Shown: one piece after another, positions 37,280 through 49,211 of the stretch
Layout of the letters: each line of letters starts with the position of its first letter
How positions within the stretch are numbered: the first letter of the stretch is position 1
Assembly (NCBI GenBank): GCA_965248055.1
Contig: CBDFIJ010000004.1
Location: 2,752,001 to 2,816,000 of the forward strand
Direction of reading: 5' to 3'
Length of the DNA stretch: 64,000 nucleotides
DNA from: Candidatus Multivoradales bacterium
GTDB lineage: Bacteria > Acidobacteriota > Thermoanaerobaculia > Multivoradales > JAHEKO01
Translations under genes and position numbers: made by a program
Notes under the pieces: model-generated
Database searches by the model: none
Seen by the model: only the letters and a program-made list of their open reading frames with translations
What the model was told of the DNA's origin: nothing

Positions 37280-37351
37280 CAGATATGTTGGCTAACTTGA
37301 CAAGCTCTTAATAATCAACGTTTTGGATAAACCAAAAGGAGATATAGAGAA

Positions 37352-37642
37352 GTGAAAATTCGTCCGCTTCATGACCGCGTAGTGGTCAAGCGCCTTGAGT
37401 ATGATGAAGAAGAAGTTCGAGGTGGCATTATTATCCCCGACACTGCCAAAGAGAAGCCTCAGCAGGCAGAAGTGGTAGCCGTCGGCCCCGGAAAGCTGAA
37501 GGAAGATGACAGCCGCTCGACCATGGATGTCAAGGTCGGTGACCGCGTCTTAGTCGGCAAGTACTCCGGTAGCGAGATCAAGTTTGACGGCGACGAACTC
37601 GTCATCATGCGCGAGGACGAGATCCTTGCGGTACTCAACTAA
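37352..37642 (+). CDS. groES: Co-chaperonin GroES
   Basis: [38 protein letters not shown]; GTG start with RBS AAGGAG. Confidence 0.98.
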   Translation: MKIRPLHDRVVVKRLEYDEEEVRGGIIIPDTAKEKPQQAEVVAVGPGKLKEDDSRSTMDVKVGDRVLVGKYSGSEIKFDGDELVIMREDEILAVLN

Positions 37643-37677
37643 GCAACACTACAGAAACTAGTCGCTAGGAATACTAA

Positions 37678-39336
<1,659 letters not shown>

Positions 39337-39359
39337 AAAGCCAATCAACCTGTTTTGTC

Positions 39360-39395
39360 AAGGCCGGTGCCCTAGGGCACCGGCCTTTTTTCTTT
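39360..39395 (+). terminator. Rho-independent terminator after groEL
   Basis: AAGGCCGGTGCCC-TA-GGGCACCGGCCTT followed by TTTTCTTT. Confidence 0.9.
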
Positions 39396-39437
39396 CCGCG
39401 AATTTCTCGATACGACGCGCTGTCGAGGCGACTACAA

Positions 39438-40589
39438 TTGGCTCTTGAGAGCAAACTGATGAGCCGAGTTACCACCCCTCCCGTCGAAGTTCTCTATACC
39501 GTCCCCAATTTTGTCACTGCCGGGTCGGGGCTGTTGCTCTTCAACATCGCCACCAGTCTTGACCGAGAGCGTTTTCGCCCGTCTGTGTGTGTGCGCAAGC
39601 TGGCTAACGCTCCTCTGGAAATTAGGCTGCGGGAGAAGGGTATTGAGGTCTTTGAAGGGCCGATCGTCGAACCAGGAAAGCCGCGCTGGAATTTACTGCA
39701 ACGGTGCCGCAGCGCTGCACGACAGGTGATGGAGAACCGGGAGTCCCAGAAGCCGATTCAGATTTGGCACTCCTTCCACTACATAGACGACTACTCCGAA
39801 CCTTTGATCGCGCGGGCCGCAGGCGCTCAATTCGTATTTACCAAGAAAAACATGAGCTGGAACCGGCGTTCCTGGTGGTTGCGATCGCGCCTCGCGCACG
39901 GTATTGCGGCGCAAAATCGAGACATGATCGCGCAGTTCTTCACGGGTGGATTTCGTCGTAAGGTTCGCTATGTCCCGTCAGGGGTTGACGTCGACACCTA
40001 TCGCCCGCCGACGAAAGAACGATCAAAAAACGATCGGTTCACAGTCGCCTGTGTAGCCCACTTGCTCCCCGTGAAAGACCAGGTCTCCTTGGTCGAAGCT
40101 GCAGCCCACCTGCCGGAGCTTCGGGTGATCCTTGCCGGGCGCACCGACGATGTTGCCTATGCAACCAAGGTTCGGCAAAGGATCGAACAGTTGGCACTTG
40201 GCGAGCGGGTTGAAATTGCCGGCCAAATTGACGAGATCCCTTCATTTCTTCACACCATCGACGCCTTCGCTCTGCCAAGCCTTGGGCGGGGCCGCATGGA
40301 GGGTTGTCCGGTCGCCCTGCTTGAGGCGATGTCGAGTGGACTGCCGGTCATAGCCAGTGACATTCCGGGCAGTCGAGATGTTGTGCAGCACAATCAGAAT
40401 GGCCTTCTGGTATCGCCGGAGCAACCCGAAATGTTGGCCGACGCGATCAAAACCCTAATTGAGTCTCCGGAGTTGTGCCGGAATTTCGGAAGTCGCGCCC
40501 GGGAGCGCTGCGTAGAACAGTTTTCGACGGCCCTAGAAGCGCAGCGCTACATGAGCCTCTACGACCGAGTTCTATCCAGCCGGAACTAA
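39438..40589 (+). CDS. Glycosyltransferase family 4 (start may be 39459)
   Basis: VAHL..VKD, FALPS....EG.PVALLEAM.SGLPVIASDIPG..DVV. Confidence 0.9.
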   Translation: MALESKLMSRVTTPPVEVLYTVPNFVTAGSGLLLFNIATSLDRERFRPSVCVRKLANAPLEIRLREKGIEVFEGPIVEPGKPRWNLLQRCRSAARQVMENRESQKPIQIWHSFHYIDDYSEPLIARAAGAQFVFTKKNMSWNRRSWWLRSRLAHGIAAQNRDMIAQFFTGGFRRKVRYVPSGVDVDTYRPPTKERSKNDRFTVACVAHLLPVKDQVSLVEAAAHLPELRVILAGRTDDVAYATKVRQRIEQLALGERVEIAGQIDEIPSFLHTIDAFALPSLGRGRMEGCPVALLEAMSSGLPVIASDIPGSRDVVQHNQNGLLVSPEQPEMLADAIKTLIESPELCRNFGSRARERCVEQFSTALEAQRYMSLYDRVLSSRN

Positions 40590-40590
40590 T

Positions 40591-42192
40591 TCAGGGCGAA
40601 TCGAGGTCCTCTGAATCGACATTCATTGGGTCGACGGCCAGCGAACCAAGGTTAAATCTTGCAATCAGCCAGGAGATGGGTGGGCCGCCTTCTCGGTTGG
40701 CAATCGAGATCAACTGCGAGCCTGTGGAGTGGGCGAAGACTTGATACTCACTGGATAGCTGGCTCGATTGTGAGTCGGTGATTAAGACGATACTTTCGGG
40801 CACGGGGCGACCGTAGTAGAAATCCATGTATGCGGCTCCGCTCCCTTGGCGGAGTTGGTTCAGAAGTTTTTGGCCATTGGTGACTGTAACCGGGGCCAAT
40901 CGACGCCTCCGCTCGGGTGACAAACTAGACAGCATTCCGACCGCGACATCGCGGTTTCGAAAGGCCAAGGTCACACCGTCGAGACTGGGCAGCGAACGAA
41001 GCACTTGGGCTCCGGTCTCCAAGTAGTGACCGTGCTGGGTCAGCCGCCACCCTTCAGGACTCAAGGTTTGGAAAGCGGCGGCTGGGGTAAGCAAAGCAAA
41101 ACAGGTTACGGCTGTTAGCGATACCGTCACCAACAGTTTGGCTCGCCTGCCTTTTGTCAATGCTAGAAACCAGGCAACAGGAACCCAAAGGAACAAGTCA
41201 ATTCTCACCAGTCTCGGGTCATTGAGAAACGCGATCACCAGCAAGAGTGCGATACCGAATCCAGCCATAACTAGGTCGGGCTTGGAGGCTTTTCTTATCG
41301 CAACTGCGGCAACGCAAATCAGGCCAGCGGTCGACACAACGGTGCGCGCCAGTGCGCTAAAGCTTGCGGGAAGACTGAGGGTCGTCCAGATATCCAGCCA
41401 GTGCATGGTTGAGGTCGGATGAGTGACCACCCAGAAAATCGCAGGACTGTACAAAGCTAGCAGGCTTAGCCAGAAGGAAGTGCTCTTTCTTGTCGACGAC
41501 GAGTTGTTCCAAGACTCCTTGACGTCGATCACCATCCACAGCCCAATCAGTAGCAGTGGAATGAGGTACATCGAATAGAGAAGAACCAACAGTGCCAGCC
41601 AGGAGAGCGCCCGTGTCGTTGAGGACCACACCGCCGTATGCCAGCCATGGCGAGAAATCAAAACAGACAGGGCGGCCAGGAGCAGCAGGGTGATCGAGTG
41701 CCAGCTTGGTCCGGCCAAGTACATCCAAGTACCCGGATGAACAATCAACATCAAAGGCACGGCGAGTGAAGTCAGCAGTGATGCGCGGCGTGCTCTGGAA
41801 GACAGGAAAAGTAACAGTGCTGCACAGACAACGACTGCCGTGGCGAAGAACTCAGCGGCCGCCGGGTGCCCTGAAAAAGGCGCGATCGCGGTAGCCAGTA
41901 ACAGGGCTGAAGCGACATTCGAAAGGCGTAGCGGCTCAACGTAGGCGGGCGCCAAGAGTTCGAAGGCAACGGTGTGGTGCGCGGTGCGCAATGAGTCCGG
42001 GCCACGCAATGCCGCACCCATCCCCAGGTTATCGGCATCCAAGATGCTCTGACTCCAATAAAGCAACGCCCGGGCATCACCGGGTGGGGAGAGCAGTGGC
42101 TGTATCCGGATGACGACTAGCGACAGCAATGTCGCAACGGATATCAACAGCCAGATCCGGGAGCGGGCCCCCTGGCCGAAGAAGTGTTGCAT
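40591..42192 (-). CDS. Hypothetical polytopic membrane protein (possibly GT-C-like)
   Basis: About 11-12 hydrophobic segments plus a soluble C-terminal tail; last gene of the glycan cluster. Confidence 0.55.
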   Translation of the reverse strand: MQHFFGQGARSRIWLLISVATLLSLVVIRIQPLLSPPGDARALLYWSQSILDADNLGMGAALRGPDSLRTAHHTVAFELLAPAYVEPLRLSNVASALLLATAIAPFSGHPAAAEFFATAVVVCAALLLFLSSRARRASLLTSLAVPLMLIVHPGTWMYLAGPSWHSITLLLLAALSVLISRHGWHTAVWSSTTRALSWLALLVLLYSMYLIPLLLIGLWMVIDVKESWNNSSSTRKSTSFWLSLLALYSPAIFWVVTHPTSTMHWLDIWTTLSLPASFSALARTVVSTAGLICVAAVAIRKASKPDLVMAGFGIALLLVIAFLNDPRLVRIDLFLWVPVAWFLALTKGRRAKLLVTVSLTAVTCFALLTPAAAFQTLSPEGWRLTQHGHYLETGAQVLRSLPSLDGVTLAFRNRDVAVGMLSSLSPERRRRLAPVTVTNGQKLLNQLRQGSGAAYMDFYYGRPVPESIVLITDSQSSQLSSEYQVFAHSTGSQLISIANREGGPPISWLIARFNLGSLAVDPMNVDSEDLDSP

Positions 42193-42251
42193 TGTGAGTT
42201 CCGGATCTAGTTGTCACCAAGCCGAGGTCGAGTCGTGGCTTGGCGATTGGC

Positions 42252-43079
42252 TTATTCTACGAGCGCCTTCTCATAGGGATCGCCTTGAGAGAGGGAGCGC
42301 AGCCAACTTGGATACGGCACCGCGCTGGGTAGCAATAAAAGATGACAGCGCCCTCGATGGCCGATGTCGTCGGAGTCGTGCGTTGGAGAATGAGTCTTGA
42401 GGTAGTAAGCCGAATAGTCCAACTCGTCGCACCAGCTTAGGACCGCGTCGGCATTTTGTACCATGGTCAGCTCTGGATTGGAGTGCATTTCCACCATGAA
42501 TGCGGTCTTGGCTTGGCTGGCGATTTCCCTACTTCCCTCGAGCACGCTAGCTTCGGCTCCTTCGACATCAATTTTGACGAAGTCGGGAGCGCAATCTTGG
42601 GAGCGTGCCAGTTCATCCAAGGTCCAGTTCTGCACCGCTTGCACAGATCCCCTTTGGCTCGCGGTAATCGCATGACCTTGGTACATGCTACTTGCGGCAC
42701 CCCCTCCGATCGCGAACAAGGGGGTCTCCCCTTGGTTCAAAGCACCGGCGAATCCACGGATTACTTTGAATCGGGTGGTGTCAAAATTCATCGCCAGGTT
42801 GGAGCTGCTGATCTTGCAGGCGGTTTCCTCAGCGTCGACCGCGACCACCCGTTGAACACCCAGGACCAGTGCCAAGAGTGAAAACTCGCCAAAGTTGGAG
42901 CCGATATCAAAGAAGGTCTCACTCCGTTTTAGGTATCCGGCAACCCACGCCGAGTCGTAGTCGGGTTTGATGCGGATCGTGCCCCGCCGTACCTTCACTG
43001 AGGTACCAACCAGTGCTATCTGCTGCTTCGAGAGCCCTGGGACCAACAGACACAATCGATTGAAAATGCGTGCGATCAA
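42252..43079 (-). CDS. FkbM family methyltransferase
   Basis: FFDIGSNFG.FSL, TLD, PDFVKIDVEGAE..VLEG, VEMH. Confidence 0.9.
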   Translation of the reverse strand: MIARIFNRLCLLVPGLSKQQIALVGTSVKVRRGTIRIKPDYDSAWVAGYLKRSETFFDIGSNFGEFSLLALVLGVQRVVAVDAEETACKISSSNLAMNFDTTRFKVIRGFAGALNQGETPLFAIGGGAASSMYQGHAITASQRGSVQAVQNWTLDELARSQDCAPDFVKIDVEGAEASVLEGSREIASQAKTAFMVEMHSNPELTMVQNADAVLSWCDELDYSAYYLKTHSPTHDSDDIGHRGRCHLLLLPSAVPYPSWLRSLSQGDPYEKALVE

Positions 43080-43080
43080 T

Positions 43081-44313
43081 TTACTCCTCCGTTGTTGGGG
43101 TTGTAATGTGCCTTGCTAGCTGCTTGGAGTCAACCAGCCAGAGTAGTGGAAGCACCAAGAGAGACACCGCCGGCGTGGTGTAGCGAGCGATACTCAGGCC
43201 AGTCATGGTCATGATCCAGAAATACCCCGCGACTCCAATAGCCAACACAACCATGGATCTTCCGATGGTTCCAGATCGCAGCGCATTGCGCATTCCGAAA
43301 GCGACAAAAGCTAGGTAAAGGCACTGCACCAAGATGAGAACTCGCTCCCCTCGTCCACTGTCGGTGCCGTACCAGCTACGGGTCGCTTTCCAGCCGATCA
43401 AACCAAACAACCCCACTGGGTTGACCAGTGCCTGATTGGCTAGGGCGTTGGCCATCGAACCAGTACTAGGATCTTGCTGATGGGCGGCTTCAACAGCTCC
43501 CATCGTTCGAGCGATCGCGCCACTGGCTGGGCGGTGGCTACGATAACCCTTGTCGCGAATACTCCAAGTGAGACCATCGTGAATGGCGGCGGAGCCAGCG
43601 GTACTGAGTGGTATCAGTTGGCCGGTTTTGCCCAGGGCGAACAGTTCCCAGGGTGCCACGGTGGCCAGCGCGGCGAGCGACAATCCCAAGGCACCGGTCC
43701 TTACCTTGATACCGATAGGTTGCATTCTGCTGATCCACCAGCCGCACAAGACTAGAACTAGAGGTAAACCGATAGCGATCGGTCGGAACAACGTGCAGGT
43801 CCCGGCGACAACCCCCGAAGTGATCCACCAGCCGACTTTCCCTCCGGTGGCGCCGCGCCACAGTGCGTAGACCGAGATCAGTAGCAATGGAACGAAAGCG
43901 TTCTCACTCAGATTCAGCGAATTGAGCCACAGTGCTGGCGGGTAGACCGACCATAGTGCGGCTGGGATCCAACAAGCGGGAGCGGGGCCTAGATGGCCGG
44001 CGAACAATCCGATCATCCCGGCCGCTAGGGTGGCACATAGGGTACGAAACCAAAACAGGGCCAGAGATCTAGGGATCGAAACAAAGTCGGCGATGCGATA
44101 GAGGCCGGCCAGCGTCATTGGATATCCCGGAGGGTAGCGCACCGCCGGTTGCCCAGCGTCTGTCTCCAGGCCATTTCCGGACAGAACATTCTGCGCAACC
44201 GGGGAATAGAAAGACCGGAAATCCGCGGTATCGGGATCCGGAGTCGGCGCCATCCAGGAAAACGCCAGGAAGGACACCAAGCCCATCGCCGCTCCAACCG
44301 CTGCACTCCTCAT
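43081..44313 (-). CDS. ArnT/PMT-like (GT39/GT83, GT-C) membrane glycosyltransferase
   Basis: D.....Y..VA.N.L.G.G, RYPPGYP..LAG.Y, LSE..F, L.RP, ARY..P. Confidence 0.78.
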   Translation of the reverse strand: MRSAAVGAAMGLVSFLAFSWMAPTPDPDTADFRSFYSPVAQNVLSGNGLETDAGQPAVRYPPGYPMTLAGLYRIADFVSIPRSLALFWFRTLCATLAAGMIGLFAGHLGPAPACWIPAALWSVYPPALWLNSLNLSENAFVPLLLISVYALWRGATGGKVGWWITSGVVAGTCTLFRPIAIGLPLVLVLCGWWISRMQPIGIKVRTGALGLSLAALATVAPWELFALGKTGQLIPLSTAGSAAIHDGLTWSIRDKGYRSHRPASGAIARTMGAVEAAHQQDPSTGSMANALANQALVNPVGLFGLIGWKATRSWYGTDSGRGERVLILVQCLYLAFVAFGMRNALRSGTIGRSMVVLAIGVAGYFWIMTMTGLSIARYTTPAVSLLVLPLLWLVDSKQLARHITTPTTEE

Positions 44314-45723
44314 TTAGTCTTCCGAGCGTGAGGCGACGGCAACCAAAGACAGCCCTGGCCACGGGATCCAGCGATCTATACGGCGCCAGATCCAAACCGT
44401 CGCGTTTAAGATTTTGAGCGGCCAGCCGCCCAGTCGGGTGCGACCCAATATCTTTGCGCTAACCAGCCATCCTGGGACCGAGATCGAATTAAAAGATCGC
44501 AGGGTCTGCAACTGAAGCCCGGCGTCTTGGATTGCGGATTTTAACGTGGTCGGAGTGTAACGACGGAAGTGCCCTAGTTCGGTGTCCAGCTTGCTGAACA
44601 GCCACGGCCCGCGGGGAACCAACACGATCGCTCGGCCCCCTGGTAACAGGCTCGCCCGAATGTTCTTGAGAGCCCCGACGTGGTCGTCAATATGCTCCAA
44701 GACATTAAGCATGATGGTGGTGTCAAACCGCTCTCCCAGAGCTTCTGTGGTGGGTTCTTTCTCGATATTCAAGGCTGCCACCGCAATCCGTTTGTCGCCT
44801 TCAAACATTCGCCCTAAACGTTCGAGATGGGAAGAATCAATGTCAGTGGCGTAGTAGAGATCTCGAGGCACGAAATAGCGCGTCAAGTTGCCGGCCCCAG
44901 CGCCGATTTCCAACACCCGGTCACCCACCCAGGGACGGATGAAGTCCGCCATCCAGTAATTGAACTTCGGGGCTCCGGCGAGCTCACCAAGGACTGTATG
45001 CCCGGTGTCGTCGGAAGTGGTGTCGTTGAACAACCCGTAGCGCAGGATCGCACCGATTGCCTTGAACCCGTCGCTGGCAGAAATCTTCTTACCTTCAGAA
45101 TAGGTGCGCCCGTGATAGGAGATCGAGACTTCGTAGATGCGACATCCCAACTGAGAGAACCTGGCAGTCAATTCTGGCTCGATAGTAAAGCCTCGACTGC
45201 GCAGTGGCACGTTGTAAAGGATACCCAGACGAAAGGCTTTATAGCAGGTCTCCATGTCGGTCAGATTGAGGTTGGTCACCATATTGGAAAGCATGGTCAG
45301 GAATCGATTGCCGACGGTGTGCCAGAAAAATAACACCCTGCGCTGACGGCCAGAAAGGAACCTCGATCCGTAGACTACGTCGGCTTGGCCATCCAAGATC
45401 GGTTGGATCAACTTGGGGTATTCCGACGGGGAGTACTCCAAATCGGCGTCCTGGATCACGGCGATGTCACCGGTGGCTTTCTTGATCGCGGTGCGCACCG
45501 CTGCTCCCTTGCCGGCATTTTCTGCATGCAGGATGAGCCCAAAGTCGCCTTTGGCGGCCAGCGATTGCAGCAGTTCGCGAGTGCCGTCGGTAGACCCATC
45601 GTCTACCACCAGTATTTCTTTAGTGACGCCTTCCGGTAGCGAAGCGGCGAGCACTTCCTCGAGAAGCGGTGCCACCGTGTAGCGCTCGTTATAGACCGGG
45701 ATCAGGATAGAGAGTGTCGTCAT
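44314..45723 (-). CDS. Fused GT2 (polyprenyl-phosphate glycosyltransferase-like) + class I SAM methyltransferase
   Basis: IPVYNE, VDDGSTDGT, GKGAA, QDADLEY.P, DVVYGSRF, TDMETCYK; C-terminal VLEIGAGAGN, NVLEHI.D, GHFRRY. Confidence 0.9.
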   Translation of the reverse strand: MTTLSILIPVYNERYTVAPLLEEVLAASLPEGVTKEILVVDDGSTDGTRELLQSLAAKGDFGLILHAENAGKGAAVRTAIKKATGDIAVIQDADLEYSPSEYPKLIQPILDGQADVVYGSRFLSGRQRRVLFFWHTVGNRFLTMLSNMVTNLNLTDMETCYKAFRLGILYNVPLRSRGFTIEPELTARFSQLGCRIYEVSISYHGRTYSEGKKISASDGFKAIGAILRYGLFNDTTSDDTGHTVLGELAGAPKFNYWMADFIRPWVGDRVLEIGAGAGNLTRYFVPRDLYYATDIDSSHLERLGRMFEGDKRIAVAALNIEKEPTTEALGERFDTTIMLNVLEHIDDHVGALKNIRASLLPGGRAIVLVPRGPWLFSKLDTELGHFRRYTPTTLKSAIQDAGLQLQTLRSFNSISVPGWLVSAKILGRTRLGGWPLKILNATVWIWRRIDRWIPWPGLSLVAVASRSED

Positions 45724-46649
45724 GCTTGTTTCGATGGTGTCTTGAAGAAATCAGCTGTTCGTTCCAAGCCGTCTGACAGAGCCAGAGACTGGGGGAGCCC
45801 TAGGGCACTTCGCCCGCGCCCGGGGTCGACCACTGAGCGTCGTTGTTCTCCAGGTTTTGCCGCGGCGAATTGCGCTTCTTGCTCAACTCCACAAGCCCGG
45901 CTGACATGCTGATGCAGTTCAACCACTGAAGTTTCGACTCCGGTGCCCACGTTGTAGATGTGAAATCCATCAACTCCAACTGCAGCGAGGTTGGCGCGTA
46001 CAACGTCGGAAACATGAACGTAATCTCTGGTTTGCCCGCCGTCGCCAAAGATGGTGGTTAACTCGCCGGACAACAATCGCTGCATAAAGATCGCGACCAC
46101 GCCGGCTTCTCCGTGTGGGTTCTGGCGCTCTCCGTAGACGTTGGCGTAACGCAAACAAGTCACGTTGAGCCCGTGTTGCACATGAAAGTAGTACAAGTAC
46201 CGCTCCCCTGCGAGTTTGCTCACGCCGTAGGGGGATACCGGGCGAGTGGGATGATCTTCATCGGCAGGAAAGACATCCTGCTCGCCGTAAATCGCCCCTC
46301 CGGTTGAGGCGAAGATCACCTGCTTAACGCCGCCTTTGACTGCAGCTTCAAGTAGGTTCAGTGTGCCGCTAATGTTGACATCTGCGTCAAAGCGAGGGTC
46401 TTGCGTTGAACGCCGTACGTCCATCTGAGCAGCATGATGGACGAGTAGATCGAAGTTACCGTGCTCAATCAGATCGTGAGCCTCACCAGAACGAATATCA
46501 GCTTCCAACAAGTCCGCTCCGGGAGAGAGGTTTTCGATTCTTCCGCTTGAGAGGTTGTCGATGCCGGTAGTGGCGTGACCGCGGTTGATAAATGCTTGCG
46601 AGACATGCGACCCGATGAAGCCAACCCCTCCTGTAATAACGATCCTCAT
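45720..46649 (-). CDS. NAD-dependent epimerase/dehydratase (UDP-glucose 4-epimerase-like)
   Basis: TGGVGFIGSH, HHAAQMDVRRS, ASTGGAIYG, YGVSK, RYANVYG.RQNPHGEAGVV. Confidence 0.92.
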   Translation of the reverse strand: MRIVITGGVGFIGSHVSQAFINRGHATTGIDNLSSGRIENLSPGADLLEADIRSGEAHDLIEHGNFDLLVHHAAQMDVRRSTQDPRFDADVNISGTLNLLEAAVKGGVKQVIFASTGGAIYGEQDVFPADEDHPTRPVSPYGVSKLAGERYLYYFHVQHGLNVTCLRYANVYGERQNPHGEAGVVAIFMQRLLSGELTTIFGDGGQTRDYVHVSDVVRANLAAVGVDGFHIYNVGTGVETSVVELHQHVSRACGVEQEAQFAAAKPGEQRRSVVDPGRGRSALGLPQSLALSDGLERTADFFKTPSKQA

Positions 46650-46743
46650 AACCCTCCCACAACGCCCGACAATAACATTGACCATGGCGATCTTCGGTCG
46701 GTTGCAGTGCCCCAGATTCGCCTAGCGGAGGACTGTTTCACGT

Positions 46744-48267
46744 TCATGAGTAGTCTTTTTGATAACACACGAACCGACCAAGCTCCCCGGCTTTTGTCCA
46801 ACCTTGGTCACTCGGGTTACTTCCTAAGTAGCGCTGCAGGTAGCTAGGCCAATCACAAACCCAGCGGATTTTCGAGTCCGCAAGATAGGCAGAAATTTCA
46901 CTCTGTCGATACACTACTTCGTAGTTGACTTTGCCGTCGAGATTCACAGTTCTATTGCGAAAAAACCCCAAAGTTCCCGATTGACCGGCGGCGACAACCT
47001 CCCCGTCTGGCACGAGATGAGCTACCAGTGGCACCTGCTGTCGGTACATTGAGCTACCAGAAAACAGTTCTGATGAATGAAATGTCAACGTGTAAGCAGT
47101 GCTGATCACGGTTAGGGCAGCAAGACCTGACATCCCCCAAGTTGGGCATTTTTGTAGTAGGCGAACTGCGAGCCGGCTCCAGGCAACGACTGCAGGGAGC
47201 ATCAGCAAAGCGAGGTAGCGTGGGTAAAAGTGAACGGCCCAGGAGGAAAAAAAATACCAGACGGCCAGGCCGATTCCTCCGACGATCACACTGAGTTCAA
47301 ACGAGCGATCTCGCCGAAAGATTGCTTTCGTATTGCTTGAGGCGACGAAGCGGACGATTAGCGTCGCGACAAGGGCGCTCCCCGCCACCGGAATCGGCCA
47401 GTATGAAGCGAATCGATCGCCGAGATACGCCCAAGGCACGACCGCCTGGGCAATAGATTCGATCAGGTCATCGATTCGGCTGGAATGAAATCCCCAATAT
47501 TGTTGTGCGGTGGCGCTGGTGGGCATGATCGAGCCAAATTCGATCAAATTGAATCGCCACCAGGGACTAGAAACCGCAAATGCAGTGATGGTCATGACCA
47601 GAATTCTTCTCGCCGCACTGCTAAGTCTTGTTCGTTCGGCGATTAGATAGAGGATTGCGAAAGCGGCGAGTACGAAGCCAGAGTCGATGCGCGTGAGGAC
47701 CAGCATTCCGGCGCCAGCGCCGAAAGCCAGCGCTTGCGGGTAAGTAGCAAGGCCACGCGTTTGGCTCCATCTCCACATCAGCGCGTATCCCAAAAGTAAT
47801 GCGCCGGTCTCCAGCCCGTTCAAATGGGTGCGCATCGCGAAACTGGCGCTGAGGTAAAGCACCATCGTGACGCGAACCCACGGGGTAGCAGTGTTGCTGC
47901 CCGCGCGGTCCCTGCTGATCAATCCAAGAATGTACGCGGTGAGCACGAAAAGAACGACCTGTAGGATCAGGACAAGCCGCAATGAGGTTAGATCGGATAC
48001 CGCAAAAAGGGGTGCGAGCGCTATGGTAAATAAGGGCTGAAAGCCGTTGGTCTTGTGACTCCCATCGACCGTAAATCCTCGTCCTTCTACCAGATTGGCG
48101 GCAACGCTGAAGGAGTAGTACGCGTCTTCCGTCAGGGGTAGATCAGGGACTAGCTCGTTGGTGCGAAAGCCTAGACTCAACAAGGCCGCAACCAGAACGA
48201 CAGTCGAAAATGCCAGGATCGAACTCTGTCCTAGTGGAATGAGTGAACCGGAGACTGGCTCACTCAC
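46744..48267 (-). CDS. GT-C-like membrane protein
   Basis: EDAYY...A.N...G.G.T.DG...TNGFQPL, NGLET, L.R.D, RY; periplasmic GTLGFF...VNLDG.VN. Confidence 0.7.
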   Translation of the reverse strand: MSEPVSGSLIPLGQSSILAFSTVVLVAALLSLGFRTNELVPDLPLTEDAYYSFSVAANLVEGRGFTVDGSHKTNGFQPLFTIALAPLFAVSDLTSLRLVLILQVVLFVLTAYILGLISRDRAGSNTATPWVRVTMVLYLSASFAMRTHLNGLETGALLLGYALMWRWSQTRGLATYPQALAFGAGAGMLVLTRIDSGFVLAAFAILYLIAERTRLSSAARRILVMTITAFAVSSPWWRFNLIEFGSIMPTSATAQQYWGFHSSRIDDLIESIAQAVVPWAYLGDRFASYWPIPVAGSALVATLIVRFVASSNTKAIFRRDRSFELSVIVGGIGLAVWYFFSSWAVHFYPRYLALLMLPAVVAWSRLAVRLLQKCPTWGMSGLAALTVISTAYTLTFHSSELFSGSSMYRQQVPLVAHLVPDGEVVAAGQSGTLGFFRNRTVNLDGKVNYEVVYRQSEISAYLADSKIRWVCDWPSYLQRYLGSNPSDQGWTKAGELGRFVCYQKDYS

Positions 48268-49211
48268 TCAGCCCTACCTGGACGGTAGTCGGAAATAATT
48301 GTCTTGAGCCCTTGGCGGAGGGAAAAGGAGGGTTTGTATCCCAGCGTATTCGTAGCGCGTTCTAGCGAAGCGATGGATTGCTTTACGTCGCCAACCCTCT
48401 CACTCTCGGTTTGGATGTTCGGGGCTACGCCCAGCAGCTGTGAAATCGTCGTAGCCAGTTCGAGTACACTCGTTTCTTGCCCTCCAGCGATATTAACGAC
48501 GTGACCGGAAGGGGCCGTGGCGGCAAGTATGTTTGCCGCTACCGCGTCCTCGACAAACGTAAAGTCTCTGGTCTGAGTGCCGTCGCCGAAAACGACCATC
48601 GGTTGCTCTGATAGGGCTGCAGCCACGAATCTAGGAACGACTGCTGCGTATGGACCCTCGGGATTTTGCCGAGGGCCGAAGACATTGAAATAACGCAATC
48701 CGAAAAATCCGGTCTGATAACACTGATCAAAGCCATGGGCAATGCACTCAACGGCGGCCTTGGAAGCGGCATAGGGGGATAGCGGCCTTCCTTCATTGCC
48801 CTCACGCTTAGGAGTCTGCTTTGAACTCCCATAGACGCTCGACGAAGAGGCGTACACGACTTGACGTACCGAATTAGCCACTGCGGCGGCGAAGATTTGC
48901 GCCGATCCTTGGACGTTAACGTCGGTGGTCATTGCTGGGTGCGCCACCGATCGTGGCACCGAGCCCAGCGCCGCCTGGTGAAAGACAACCTCGCACCCGG
49001 TGGTCGCTTGTACGCAAGTGTCGGAATAGCGAATGTCTCCCTCCAAGAACTCAATCTGATCGTTGAACAAAGCTAGGTTGGACTCAAGTCCCGTGGAAAG
49101 GTCGTCGAGGACCCGAACCCGAGCTCCCAGGGACAGTAAGTGTTGAACCAAGTGAGAACCGATAAACCCTGCGCCTCCGGTGACCAGAACTTGTTGGTTC
49201 TGCCAGTTCAT
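48264..49211 (-). CDS. UDP-sugar 4-epimerase, WbpP-like SDR
   Basis: VTGGAGFIGSH, HQAALGSVPRSV, YASSSSVYG, SPYAASK, RYFNVFGPRQ.P.GPYAAV.P. Confidence 0.92.
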   Translation of the reverse strand: MNWQNQQVLVTGGAGFIGSHLVQHLLSLGARVRVLDDLSTGLESNLALFNDQIEFLEGDIRYSDTCVQATTGCEVVFHQAALGSVPRSVAHPAMTTDVNVQGSAQIFAAAVANSVRQVVYASSSSVYGSSKQTPKREGNEGRPLSPYAASKAAVECIAHGFDQCYQTGFFGLRYFNVFGPRQNPEGPYAAVVPRFVAAALSEQPMVVFGDGTQTRDFTFVEDAVAANILAATAPSGHVVNIAGGQETSVLELATTISQLLGVAPNIQTESERVGDVKQSIASLERATNTLGYKPSFSLRQGLKTIISDYRPGRAE

